Assembly: GCA_023213395.1 (NCBI GenBank)
Contig: CM041465.1
Location: 201,073,741-201,137,740, forward strand
DNA: 64,000 nucleotides
Source of the DNA: Cycas panzhihuaensis
Taxonomy: Eukaryota > Plantae > Cycadophyta
Direction of reading: 5' to 3'
The translations under genes were made by a program, and so were the position numbers. Below the pieces are notes generated by a model. The model searched no databases, was not told the DNA's origin, and saw only the letters and a program-made list of their open reading frames with translations. This document shows, piece after piece, positions 52,427 through 64,000 of this stretch. Position 1 is the stretch's first letter. Every line of letters starts with the position of its first letter.

Positions 52427-55045
52427 TGTAGCATTCCAAAATATGGTCAAAAGTATAGTATATGACTATTCAAATCAAATCTCTTTGAACGGAGATTCCA
52501 ACGGTCCAGACGAAACTTAATTCTGACATCTATATCAAAAGTTATGACTTTAAAGTTTTCAACCTATTAGTTTTTGGAGGAGTTTTGGTCGACTTCTAGT
52601 ATCAGTTTTGGGCAAGTTTATCCCCTTTTTCTGGCTGACTTCTATTACTATCTTTCTGTTGTCTATTTAAGGAGGATTTGCGGAATCATTTTGGGATCAT
52701 CGAAGAAGAAGTCTTAGACTACAGTATTTTTAGCCCTTTTTAGGAGCTTTGTGGAGGGAACCTCACCTTGAAGAGGGATTCTTTATCGTCAGTAATTTGT
52801 GGGATCTTTTGGTAATGCTATATCTATTGCTTTATATTCATTTCATACCATTTTATATTTATATTCAAGTGGATTTGTATTATTGCTCTCTTGATTGGAT
52901 ATTTTACAAGTGCATTTGGTGGATATTTTGTCTATTTCTATAAAATCTATTAAAAGAATTCTGTAAGCTTGTTACAAGTGGTATCAGAGCTTCATTTTGA
53001 AGGGAAAGGGAAAAGTAGAACATGAGAAGAACACGTGGAACATATAAAGCCTGAGAAAAAAATAGAGATAGATTTTTTTAATTTGGAGGATTATGAGGAT
53101 ATGAAAATATGGATAGAAGATTTTGAGTTTACGTCTGATACAAAAATGGAAGAATATGGACTATTATTAGAAATGATATTGAATGGATGAGCTTATGAGT
53201 GGTTCATTAATTAGGCTAAAGAACCTTTTTTATGGTACCAATTTTCAGAGGCAACTACCACAGCTTTTAAAGAACATAAGCAAGTGAGGTTCAAGCTAAT
53301 GAGGAAGGGCAAAAAGAAGACATTATTAATGAGGAGATCCTAAAGGTTTTGCAAGTGCTAGAACGAGATCTAGCCAAGAGAAAACAATATGATGACGTAG
53401 AAGACTTGGAGCATGCACAAGCAACAGAAGAGTCTCATTTCAATATCAGAGAGGAAATCTAAGATGAAGTTACACAAGAGCAGTACAAAGACAATGAAGA
53501 ACAAGCAGATTTTTTTTAACAAATCTCATGCAAGGTACCCACTGATCCTGCATTGCACATGCACATTTTGTTCGGTAGTTTTGTATGTCCTCTCTCTTTC
53601 CCTAGTTTAATAGCAATACAAGAGCCCTTCTCTCCTTAACCTATAGTTAGCCATGCTTCTAATTTTCCTAACCTTGGTTTTTTCATAGGTCAATTTATAA
53701 TTCCTCTCAGTAACCTTAGTCCATCTCTTTACTCACCTACTCCTTCAACCCTATAAACAATCATCAATAGGACACCCTTCAACTTCAATCTGTTTGTTAG
53801 GTTTCACCTCTTAGTATTATCTCTTACAAAACTCAGTCTTCCATGCTTCTTCAATTCCATATTATCAATATTGTCTTTTTCAATTAAATCTTTTCTTTTA
53901 TTTGAATACCAATTCTACAACCCTATTAAAATCTTTTTTTCATAAAGAACCTCTATCACTAATCCCCCATCCATCTTTCTCTCCCAAAAAGAGTTATGGT
54001 TCAATAAAACTTATACGAACTTACATCTCTATCTAAGACATATTCCAAATTTTATCCTTTTTTTCTATACCTTCAAAGCTATGCTTGATCTTAGTTCACA
54101 AGTCCTCCTTTTCTTTTTCCTACAATAGGCAATCATCAATCCTTGACCCTCACAATCAATTTTGTTCTTAAAGCCTTCACATATTTTTCCAAAATCCATC
54201 CCATTTGGAAACAAAATATGCAAATGCAAGGCAAGACCAAGACAAGACATTTGAGATATCTCACAAGTCCTAGGATCCTTTCAATTTAGAATAATACATC
54301 GCAGGTACTTAGTTCCAAGAATAAACATCGACAAATTCAAGATGTTTGCTAGTGCAACCCCAAAGAAGACACAAGATCAAGGCAAATCTTTATGACCTAC
54401 AGGATCTAGCAGAAGGTGGTTAGAAGATTAGACCGAGCTATAAGTATTTCTCAATACTTCAAGGGCAAAGTATTATTTTAAGGGAAGGGGAATTGTAGCA
54501 TTCCAAAATATGGTCAAAAGTATGGTATATGACCATTCAAATCAAAGCTCTCTGAATGACGATTCCAACAATCCAAACGAAACTTAATTCTGACATCTAT
54601 ATCAAAAGTTATGACTATTTAAAGTTTTTAGCCTATTAGTTTTTAGAGGAGTTCTGGCCGACTTCTAGTATTGGTTTTGGGCAAGTTTATTCCCCTTTTC
54701 TGGTTGACTTCTATTACTATCTTTCCGCCGTCTATTTAAGGAGGATTTGCAGAATCATTTTGAGATCATCGAAGAAGAAGTCTTAGACTGCAATATTTTC
54801 GGCCCTTTTGAGGAGCTTTGTGGAGGGAACCTCACCTCGAAGAGGGATTCTTTATTGTCAGTAATTTACGGGATCTTTTGGTAATGTTGTATATATTGCT
54901 TTATATTCATTTCATACCATTTTATATTTGTATTCAAGTGGATTTGTATTATTGCTCTCTTGATTGGATATTTTGCAAGTGCATTTGGTGGATATTTTGT
55001 CTATTTCTATAAAATCTGTTAAAAGAATTCTATAAGGTTGCTACA
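52427..55045 (+). mobile_element. Innermost and youngest-looking element: 2.6-kb non-autonomous gypsy-derived LTR element
   Basis: LTRs 52427-52976 and 54494-55045, highly similar; perfect TSD TATAG; PBS TGGTATCAGAGC at 52979; PPT AAGGGAAGGGG at 54480. Confidence 0.95.
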
Positions 55046-56111
55046 TATAGGACTATACAAGATTATTTTATTTCACATAATCTTTAAAAGTATTTGCAAT
55101 ATGAATATGATCTTAGTATTAAAAAAAAAAATTAGAAAGGATAATAAAGTCTTAAGAATATTATTTTGCACTATTGATGATAATGTATTTTCTAAAGTGT
55201 GTGAATTAACAACTTCCAAATCTATTTAGGATATTTTGCTTTCTACTTATGGGGGAGATACCCTCAATATATTTAACATTGATTTTGTTGAGCATGTAAG
55301 ACATGTACTAGAATAGGTAATTTATAATGACAAGATAAAGAAAGATTTTGATCAAATGCATGATCAGCTTATTATATAAGAATATGATCCTCCATTTGAG
55401 GGGAAGAAGGAATCTTATGATACGATAGAATAGAAAACCTAATGATATGACAGACAAAGTTAAAATTCCAGAAGTTAAAGTCAAAGTTATAACTATTCAT
55501 TTTCATTTGAATCAAACTACATGTACTTACAGATTTTTTATAGCTACATTTACTTACAGTTTTTTAGTACCACTCCATGGTAAAGAGACATATATTGCAA
55601 AGAGGATGAAGCAAGTTAACAAAGATCAAGTTAAGGGATAGATTTTAAAAGTTTTTTTTAAATACAAATTTTATAAGTTCAAAGAGAAGATACAAGTGTT
55701 CATGATGACTATTAAGGGGGAGAATGTTAGAATTAATAGTCATTACTCCACTTCCACCTTCCAACCAAGGGAGCACACCTCATCTTCTTCAATTTATATA
55801 TGTGGATTCTTAATATGTGTAGGTAAGTTAAGTTAAATTAATGTTAATTTGAGTTAAGTTTGTATTATTTTATTGTAATTTGAATTTCAAGGGTTGAGGA
55901 GTTTTCCTCCTCCTCCAAAATTATAAATATTAAGGGGTGTGTAACCCTGGTATCTTCAAACACTACCTATAACATTGGATATTTGTAACTCTCTACAATA
56001 TGGATTGAATACAATGGCTTTCTTTCTCATACTATAATGATCTATTAAAGTTTTGATTATTGGATTCATGTTCTGCTCTGTTTTCCTTACATTTTTATTT
56101 CCTTCATATAA

Positions 56112-59100
56112 TACTAGAAATAGGGACATACTAATGGTCGAATGATAAGATGAGTTATACTAATATTCTACTAAGGATAACAAAGAGGTCTACTTAGCTT
56201 AGTGATTTAAGGTAAAGAAACGTAGATACATTTCAAGAGTTTTGTTCAAGGCCTCAAATGGATTATTGATTTAAGGATGGTAAGCAGTACTCATATTAAA
56301 TGAGGTTCCTATAGCTTTAAAGAGTTCTTGCCAGAAAGATCTAGTTAATTTAGGATCTTTATTACAAAAAATAGTTAAGGAAAATCCATAAACATAAAAA
56401 ATAAATTAGATGTAAAGATCAACAAGTCAAGATAATTTATATAAGGTGTGTATTAGGATGAAATGTGAATTTTTAGTTAATCTATCAATGACCATCCAAA
56501 TTAAGTTAAAACTAGCAAATGTAGATAGGTTGTGATAAAATCCATGGCAATGTCCTACCATTTACCTTGAGGAATGTGTAGTGGTTGGAAGAGTCCTGGT
56601 AGGGCTTTGTTATCTACCTTGTTTCACTAAAAAGTGTTACACTTAGATACAAAGGTAAAGATAGTAGGATTTATATGAGGCCAAAAGAAATTTACATGAA
56701 TATGTTAATAGGTTTTATTAAATCCTGAATGGCCCCTAGGAAGTAGAGTAATAGTCTATTAAAATGTGAGAGATGAAAGAGGAGAATAGGTGCATAAAGA
56801 TGTGATTCCTAAATAACAAATAATTGTTATATATTGACCAACCTTTTTTGCTTAGAATGTTTTTACTCCAAAGGGAATAGTCAAATTAAGCCTAATTTTT
56901 AGTATATAATTCATCAAGGCAAATGGGATGGGGCTTTAATATAGCATAGATGTTGAAGTTATGGGTACTAGAATCAAGGGGAAAGTGGGAAATGACATCT
57001 ATAACCACATTGTCTTTACCCTTCTTATAAGATATTGTAAAGTCAAAAGCCTGTAGGAGATTAATCTATTTAACATGTTCTTCTGACAGAACCAAATAAT
57101 CCAATAGATTATGGAGGCTATGGTGGTTTATGAGGATAATAAATTTTGACCCCAAGAGATATTATCACCACTTATCCACAACATGTAGGATAACTCTCAT
57201 TTCTTTTTAATATATTAATAGTTAGAGTTCGTGATCTTTAAGTTTTTTACTTTCAAATATAATGGGGTAGTAGTCTTACATAAGAGTTGTATCGAGGCCA
57301 AATTTGTATGCATCATATTCTAACTATAATGGTTGGGTGAAATTAAGAGTGAAAAGAATTAGGGTAGAGATCATTACTAATTTAAGATGAAAAAAATGTA
57401 ACTTTGGCCTTTGAAGACCATTGAAAAGAGTCTTTATAGAGTAGGTTAATTAATAGAGCTATTAGAGATGTGTAGTTTCATACAAATGATGGTAAAACCT
57501 TGTAAGACCAAGGAATACTCATAGTTATGTGAGATTAGTCAGTGTTAGCTAGGTAACGATGACCGATATTTTATCAAGGTCCATATGTACCCCTTTTGAA
57601 GATATAATATACTCCATATACTAGAGTTCTATTTTTATAAACTCATACTTAGAAAGTTTTATATATAAGTACTGTTGGTGTCATATTTAGAGGATGATCA
57701 CTAAATGACAAATGTGGTGGTCTAAGTATGAACTATAAATAATCATATCATTAAAGAATATGATGATAAATTTTGAAAGATAAGGGCCAAAGACTTTATT
57801 CATGAGTGCTTGAAAAGTGGTGGGTGCATTGTAAAGGCCCAAAGTCATCACTCTGAACTTGAAGTATCCACGATAAGTTTGGAAAGTTATCTTATTATAG
57901 TCTTCCAGAGTAATATGGATTTGATAATATTCAGATTATAAAATTAACTTAGAAAAATCAAGGCTCTATGGATCTCATCTAATATGTCATCTATCCTTAT
58001 AGTGGAGAACTTATTTTTTATAGTAATCTTATTATGATTCTTGTAATCCACACAAAGGTGAAAGGAGCCAACTTTCTTCTTAATTAGAACTATTGGGGTT
58101 GCATATGGGCTTTTTCTTGGTTGGATTATTGTCATATCCATTAGCTCAATATTGATTTTCTCAATTCCATTTTTTGGAAATAAGAATTTATATATGGTCA
58201 TAGGCTAATTAGGTCATGATTGGATTGTAGTTCAATTGTATGATAGAAATTACAATCAAGTTGGGTGGTGGCAAGAAGGGGAGCAAATACTTACTCATAC
58301 TTAGTAATGATATCTTAGATGCATGAGTGAGTTTGGGGGTCAACCTAGATGTTATTGAGATGAACTATATACCTGAGGTTGGTTTGAAGGTGTATTTTTA
58401 TGTGGTTTAGAAAAATAAGTTATTTTGGAAGGGACTATATCTTATAGATTTTATGCATTTTGTCCATTTGGTCTTTAAACAATATGAATGGATTGGTTAG
58501 AGAGTTGTTTGTACTATAAGTTCCTAAGATTTACAACCATTAGATTCCTAATATAACATTAGATCCTTCTATAAATAATGTAGGAGGTATGTGTTAATTT
58601 GGGCATGTAGGCTTTTCATGACACTAGCATAATATAGCTTTTGGTACCCTAGTGGGAAACAAGTGAAGCTAGTCTTTGGAATAATATAGAGGTTTAGCTT
58701 CCTAGTTAATGAGATATTAATAAGATTTAAGGACACTCCACTATCAATTAGTATTGACATTGGAGTCTTTCATAGAGTGCTCTTAACTCGTAGGGGTTCA
58801 TGACAAGAGGTAGTGGCTATAACTACTTAGGATACTTCAGGTTAAGGATGAGGGGAGGGGCCCTCTAAGAATTTTTTATTAGTCTCATTCTCTAAATTGG
58901 AATCTAAGTGTTTATGAAAGGACAAGGTAAGGTCAATAAGAAAGACTATATTCCTTGCTTCATAAATGTGATCATGCCCAAGGTCAAGGATATTAGAAGT
59001 TTGTCTAAGGTCAAGTTATATTATCAAACCAAGGTTAAGGCCATGGAATTTTATTTAACGAGGTTGTAAGAACCATGGGTTATCTTTTCGGTTGGGCAAG

Positions 59101-59830
59101 GATCTTTTAGTCACAAATTCTACCTCTGCTACTCTATCCATTCTGAGAGAGGTTAAGGACAATGTCATAAGGTGAATCTAAAGACAATCCTTTAGTCCTA
59201 CCACATATATGTCTATCAAAGTTTGTTTATCTAGACTTTGGCTTTGTGGGAACCAATTATATAATGCTTAGAATTCATCTATATATACCTCTATTGATGA
59301 TGATTATTTAAGCCTTGTTAATTGAGTGAAGAATAACTGACTCCACGTATCCTTATACTCCTTAAAGAAATAGTTTATGAAGTGCAACAACATCTAATTT
59401 AAAGGGTATTCTTTTCTCCACCAATTAAACCAATGATGATCTTTTCTATCTAAGTGGATAAAGGCATATAATGGTTGATCCTCTTCAGTGATTGGGTTGA
59501 GGGTGATGTAGGATTCTAATTTACTTATCTAACTGCAAGTGCTTTCCTTATTTAAATTAGGATTAAAAGTTGGAATGTTGATTTTGTGGTGGAGATATTA
59601 CTACCATGGTGGATTTCTTCCCTATAGAGAATAAGGAGGGGGAGAGTTCATTGTCATATTTGATGTCCCTATGTTGTTGTCACTTAATTGCATTATTTGA
59701 GCAACCGGGGCTATTAGATCTACCTTTGAAGGGAGATTGGTTAACTCAGCCTTTATCTCTTTTTTGAAATATTCAAGTTTTATTTCTAGTGTAGTGATCT
59801 TTTGTACTTATGTAAGTGCCATTATAAATA
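56112..59830 (-). pseudogene. pol: Decayed gypsy Gag, protease, RT, RNase H and integrase
   Basis: ILIDSG protease (ORF 58569-58760); SPYATPIVLIKKK...CVDY...RIDDILDE RT (ORF 57944-58201); the frame YHSTISMSLFLVLYDYHPP rejoins 47644 across the TSD. Confidence 0.92.
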
Positions 59831-60954
59831 TAGAATGGGCTTTAAAGGAGAAGGACTTAGCAAGACGAAAGGGAAATATATAAAATAAGAAATACCAAGA
59901 TAGAATGGATTTTAAGAAATAGGGAATGCTTTGATAAAAAGAAGGGATAAATAGGGAGTAAGGGTACTTGGGGTGTTTATAACCTATTGACCCTAGAACT
60001 TATGTAACAAAATCACCTAATACACTTAAACGAGTGTGAAAAACCCATCAAAATAAGACAGGTAAGTTTTAAGGATGAAAATTTGGCAACAGGGCCCACA
60101 GTTGACCTGTGTACTATTATACCTAAAAATTGGCTATAAACATTAACCTAGTATAAATTGACTAGTGTGATGTGTTGATTAAAATAGGATGTATAAATTT
60201 TAATTGTAATTTTTTGACCATAGATTTTTTTTTTTTTTTTGTAGGGAATTTAATTATTCAGGCCATTTCTAATTTTGATAAATATTGATAAAGTTATGGT
60301 CTTTCCTTTTCTTTTTCTTTTTTCCTTTTACTTTATAATTCTTAGCTCTTAGTGGAAGATCTTCAATAGTTATTCAGTAGTGTTGGTTTCTTCTCAAGAG
60401 AGGGATGTTGAATCAAATGGATGTAGAATCGAAGGAAACCTACTAGACTTTGTCAATGGGAATGCTTAGTCTTATATGCCTATCGATAAACCCCTTTGCA
60501 GAGGTTTGGGACAAGTAGCATCATAGCACTAATCGCTAACCACTATACTATAAGACTTTGGTGGCTGACTAGTTTCCTATTTTAGGTAAAGTAAGAGAAT
60601 CCTATAAGGGTCCTCTAATATACTTGAAGGTACATGGAGGTTCAATTCTATAGTCAAGTTTTGTTTAAGTCTTGGTTCAATAGACTTAACTAAAATCTTT
60701 GATGTAAAGGAAGAAAAGCCACAATGCACTTAACCCAAATTGATAGATCCTCATGATATTTATAGACTTGTGACATGGAGTCTCTACCTATCTATGAGGG
60801 GTAGCTACCAAGCAAATTTAGTTACCTAAGAAAAGGAGGGGAGGGAATAGAAAGGGTAACTACCAAACAACATTGTCTACCCTTAGACCAAAACTAAAAT
60901 GACTAAAACTGAAACTAAAAGAAATTTTTGTAGGATAAAGGTTATAAGTGTTAC

Positions 60955-60977
60955 AAAAAAAAAAAAAAAAAAAAAAA
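60955..60977. repeat. Poly(A) tract (poly-T in the gypsy leader)
   Basis: Direct reading. Confidence 0.9.
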
Positions 60978-63189
60978 TTTACGTTTGAATGCCTCCACAG
61001 GGCCATCTAACCTCGTTTTGATACCACTTGCAATGTATTTACCCGAGAATATCCTCATATACAATATGACAAAGGAAATAGGATAACAGATATAACACTT
61101 TTATTAAATTATAGAAGTTGATATTACAGAATATCTCTCATAAATGGTGCAATAAAAATAAATGAGTACGAAAGGAGTATTGAAGTACTTTCTCTCAAGA
61201 ATCGAAAATGAACTACTAATCCTTTATAAGTAATCTTTGGCCCTTAAATAGACAAAAGAGGGTCTCTCTCAAACAATCCTATTGGCAGCTCTAATGACCT
61301 TACATATCATTGGAGGGCTTAGTGGCCCACACATAAAACTTAATGGTTAATACCAACACTTAACATTTTAATGGATTCCACATGCTAGTGCCTTTGTCCT
61401 CTTATGAAGATAGAGTTATGTTATAGGAACACTTGCAACAATGTCTATAAATGAACCAAAATGGACATGTTGTCTATAGTTAATTGCATGACTTGCAACA
61501 GAGGTTATAAATATATGTAGGGTGATCAATCTTACATAAGTAAACTTAAAAAACAACAACCTATTTCACACTTCATGGAATCGATATTAAAATTCATATA
61601 TGCAAATCATGGGTACCACATGTATAATAAAATATCCCCAAAAAAGGCAATAACAAATCTCACCATTATCTTATTAATCATGCTCTTGATTTGGTCATGT
61701 CTTAATCAAACTAGCACATCCCAACTAGTTCCTAGTTTTTCCCATCTTTAACATTTTCTAACTTAATAAGGCTCATATTAATTTGCTAAACTTGACTCTA
61801 ATAAACTATAAAACATATGAGGTGTTTAAGATATACTAATAAGCATACTAAAAAAATGAAACAAGCGTCAACACATAAGATAATAAAATAAGTGGGAGAT
61901 GATCATCTCCAAATATTGTATTATGAGAGAATGCATACTTATAAAAGCATACACTTCATGAATGTCCAATCATGCTCAGGAACCTTATGGAGACTTATAA
62001 GGGTGCATGTAAAGGAGTTAGCTTTGCACAACACTCCATAGGCTCACATATTCATGATTACGTAAGAGAGAGATTATATGAGGGGTTTGTCACTAATAAT
62101 TAAACATTATACCTAATAATTTGAGTATAATCCTAGATATCCCATTTTTGATAGCCTAGGAAAATGATGAACCTATTCAATAAAATATCAAATAATAATA
62201 ATAATTTGAACATGTTTCTCCCTAATAATTATATACCTATTTATACGTGATATTTTCTAGTTAATAATGAGGGTAACTTCAACGTACCAATTACTTATTA
62301 ATTATTATTAATATAAGGCCATCTTAGTTATGATTTAGATTGTAACATATTCTCTCTCCTTAAATTTTTTTCCTATAAAGATTAACAGTATAGGAGGTGC
62401 TTGCTAATTATCATCTATAGTGATCTTTCTCCTTTTAGAGGAGGTGCCTTCTTATTACATTATCATACTTATGCAACTTAGTAGAACCACTTGTGCTGTA
62501 TGATATTTACTCTACCTTGGTTTTCTCCTTATAACTTGTTCTATGTTGCATGTGTCGTTGTTGAGTAATATGTAGGGTTATTTATCTTATAATGTTTGTG
62601 CTTAACATCCTAAGTGGTGATGTAGGAGTGTTGCATTCTTGGGGGATGTACTATAATATTTAGATTTGCTTTCCTTTTTTTTGAAATAATTTGTCACTAT
62701 ATTTTGAGGCCCTAATATGCATCTCCTAGTATAGAGTCTTGCATCCTATTATAGTAGGTATCTTTGGTTGACCTCAATTTATTCTGTGGGTAGTCTATTT
62801 CCTATAATTTGTCTAGATCCATTGCCCCTTCATCATCATATTTTTCCAAAATTTGTGGGCTTTAGTAATCCTATATAACATTATCATAAGGCTTACTTTG
62901 GTTTGTTGAGTTGGACTCATTGGTTTGCTTTGCATGTGTTTTGTAATATATCAATTCTTTATCTTCTTTAATGTCTGATTCTAGATCTACATCAACTTTT
63001 GCTCTTGGATACTAATTAAATCCATTGATATCTTGAGGTTTGTTGTGATTATTATGAAGTAATACTAAGAGGCTCTACAATGTATTAGTGGGAATCTCAA
63101 CAATGTCATCTATTGATGGATTTTGAGTGTGAACCATGTGTGGATTGAGTTACATCTATCATTTGGCCTAAAAAGTCATTGTTAAACTG

Positions 63190-63410
63190 ATAAAATCTTA
63201 TATCATCTATTACAACCACCCTCATCTCCTTGGCTATTTAATTGGCCTTTTAGCTTCTTTAATGTGAAACCCACCTTCTCCTATTCAGAAGTGAATTCTA
63301 TATCCAGAACTTTATCTTTGAGTATGGAAATCTATTCCTTTGGTTCTAGTTAACTATCAAACTTATATGCATATATCTCATCATAAATCTTGATTTTTTA
63401 GGGCCTATGT
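63190..63410 (-). pseudogene. Possible gypsy Gag N-terminal fragment
   Basis: KFDS*LEPKE*ISILKDKVLDIEFTSE*EKVGFTLKKLKG. Confidence 0.4.
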
Positions 63411-63729
63411 CCTATTATTTGGACATTTTAGAAAGTCTACTTGGTGATAGAATAAGGTGATTCTTTTTAATTGGATAATTATGGTGGACTTCATAATGTG
63501 GGGTGAGCTAGTGACTCTTTAAAAGCTTATTACAAAGCATCTAATCTTTCAAAAACATAAGTAAGAATTAAAAATTTTATAAATTATGATAAAAATGGAA
63601 TTAGAGCCATCATTGGTTGTTAGTCATAATGACCAATAATGTATGCTTTGTTATTGGGCTTTATTAAAACCCAAATCAAATCAAGATCTTATTAATGATC
63701 ATGTTATGAATACCTCTCCTCTCCTTTCT

Positions 63730-64000
63730 TCCAACTTAGACTCACCCACTCATGTCATCCAAGAGCTTGAAAAGTAATTTTGGGCCTCTAACCTTAATGA
63801 CCCTCCTTTGTCCACCATTTAAAACATTCCTCCTATCCAACCTAATTCTTATGCCTTTTTTAGTCACTCTGTTAAATCTCCACCACTCATTCAACCTTCT
63901 TACTAACTATAATCTCTCCTTTAATCCATTCATCTTCCTCTTAATCAACCAACCATACCTAATAGCCAACCAATGCATGGGCCTCCTACAAAATAACTAA
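63730..64000 (+). pseudogene. Possible gypsy protease-RT linker fragment
   Basis: Resembles the reverse complement of 58260-58440 and 21180-21370. Confidence 0.35.

Larger units (their letters stand above)
47645..56106 (+). mobile_element. Non-autonomous copia-derived element carrying an ADF mRNA fragment
   Basis: LTRs 47645-48039 and 55725-56106; perfect TSD TATAA; triple PBS at 48042/48084/48126; PPT AAGGGGGAG; gag N-terminus only (FNGHNFS*WY near 52395, continuing to KVLRILFCTIDDNVFSKV...I*DILLSTYGG near 55150). Confidence 0.93.
46635..61425 (-). mobile_element. Full-length decayed Ty3/gypsy chromovirus, interrupted in its integrase
   Basis: LTRs 46635-47022 and 61029-61425; PBS complement GTTTTGATACCA at 61015-61026; PPT complement GGTCCCCCCT at 47023; TSD imperfect. 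Confidence 0.92.
44020..62118 (-). mobile_element. Old non-autonomous LTR element forming the outer layer of a four-level nest
   Basis: Diverged LTR pair ~44020-44358 and ~61784-62118; PPT complement ACCAACCCCCCA at 44359; flanks ACTTA/ATTTG both derivable from ACTTG. Confidence 0.7.

Noticed and set aside
52749-55012. Duplicated 64-aa ORFs (MWREPHLEEG...) as a gene pair
   Set aside because: They are the same position in the two LTRs and use non-ATG starts
60955-60977. LINE/SINE poly(A) tail
   Set aside because: Sits in the gypsy leader next to the PBS, with no TSD or non-LTR body

Overview
AT-rich, CpG-depleted plant (probably gymnosperm-type) intergenic DNA made almost entirely of decayed, nested LTR retrotransposons (Ty1/copia, Ty3/gypsy chromoviruses and non-autonomous derivatives). 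There is no intact cellular gene, RNA gene or CRISPR array. Eight elements have both LTRs, most with a tRNA-iMet PBS, PPT and target-site duplication, including a four-level nest at 44020-62118. Highlights: (1) a 3.9-kb non-autonomous LTR element (25008-28912) whose gag-pol is replaced by an uninterrupted copy of a plant tandem-BRCT gene (At4g02110-like), which runs in frame into an integrase C-terminal (GPY/F-like) remnant; (2) a second element (47645-56106) carrying a spliced, antisense fragment of an actin-depolymerizing factor mRNA; (3) repeated multiplication of the primer-binding site at LTR ends, seen at different stages in several families; (4) a conserved hairpin motif shared by the internal regions of different elements. 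Coordinates and family assignments were made by eye and may be off by a few bases.
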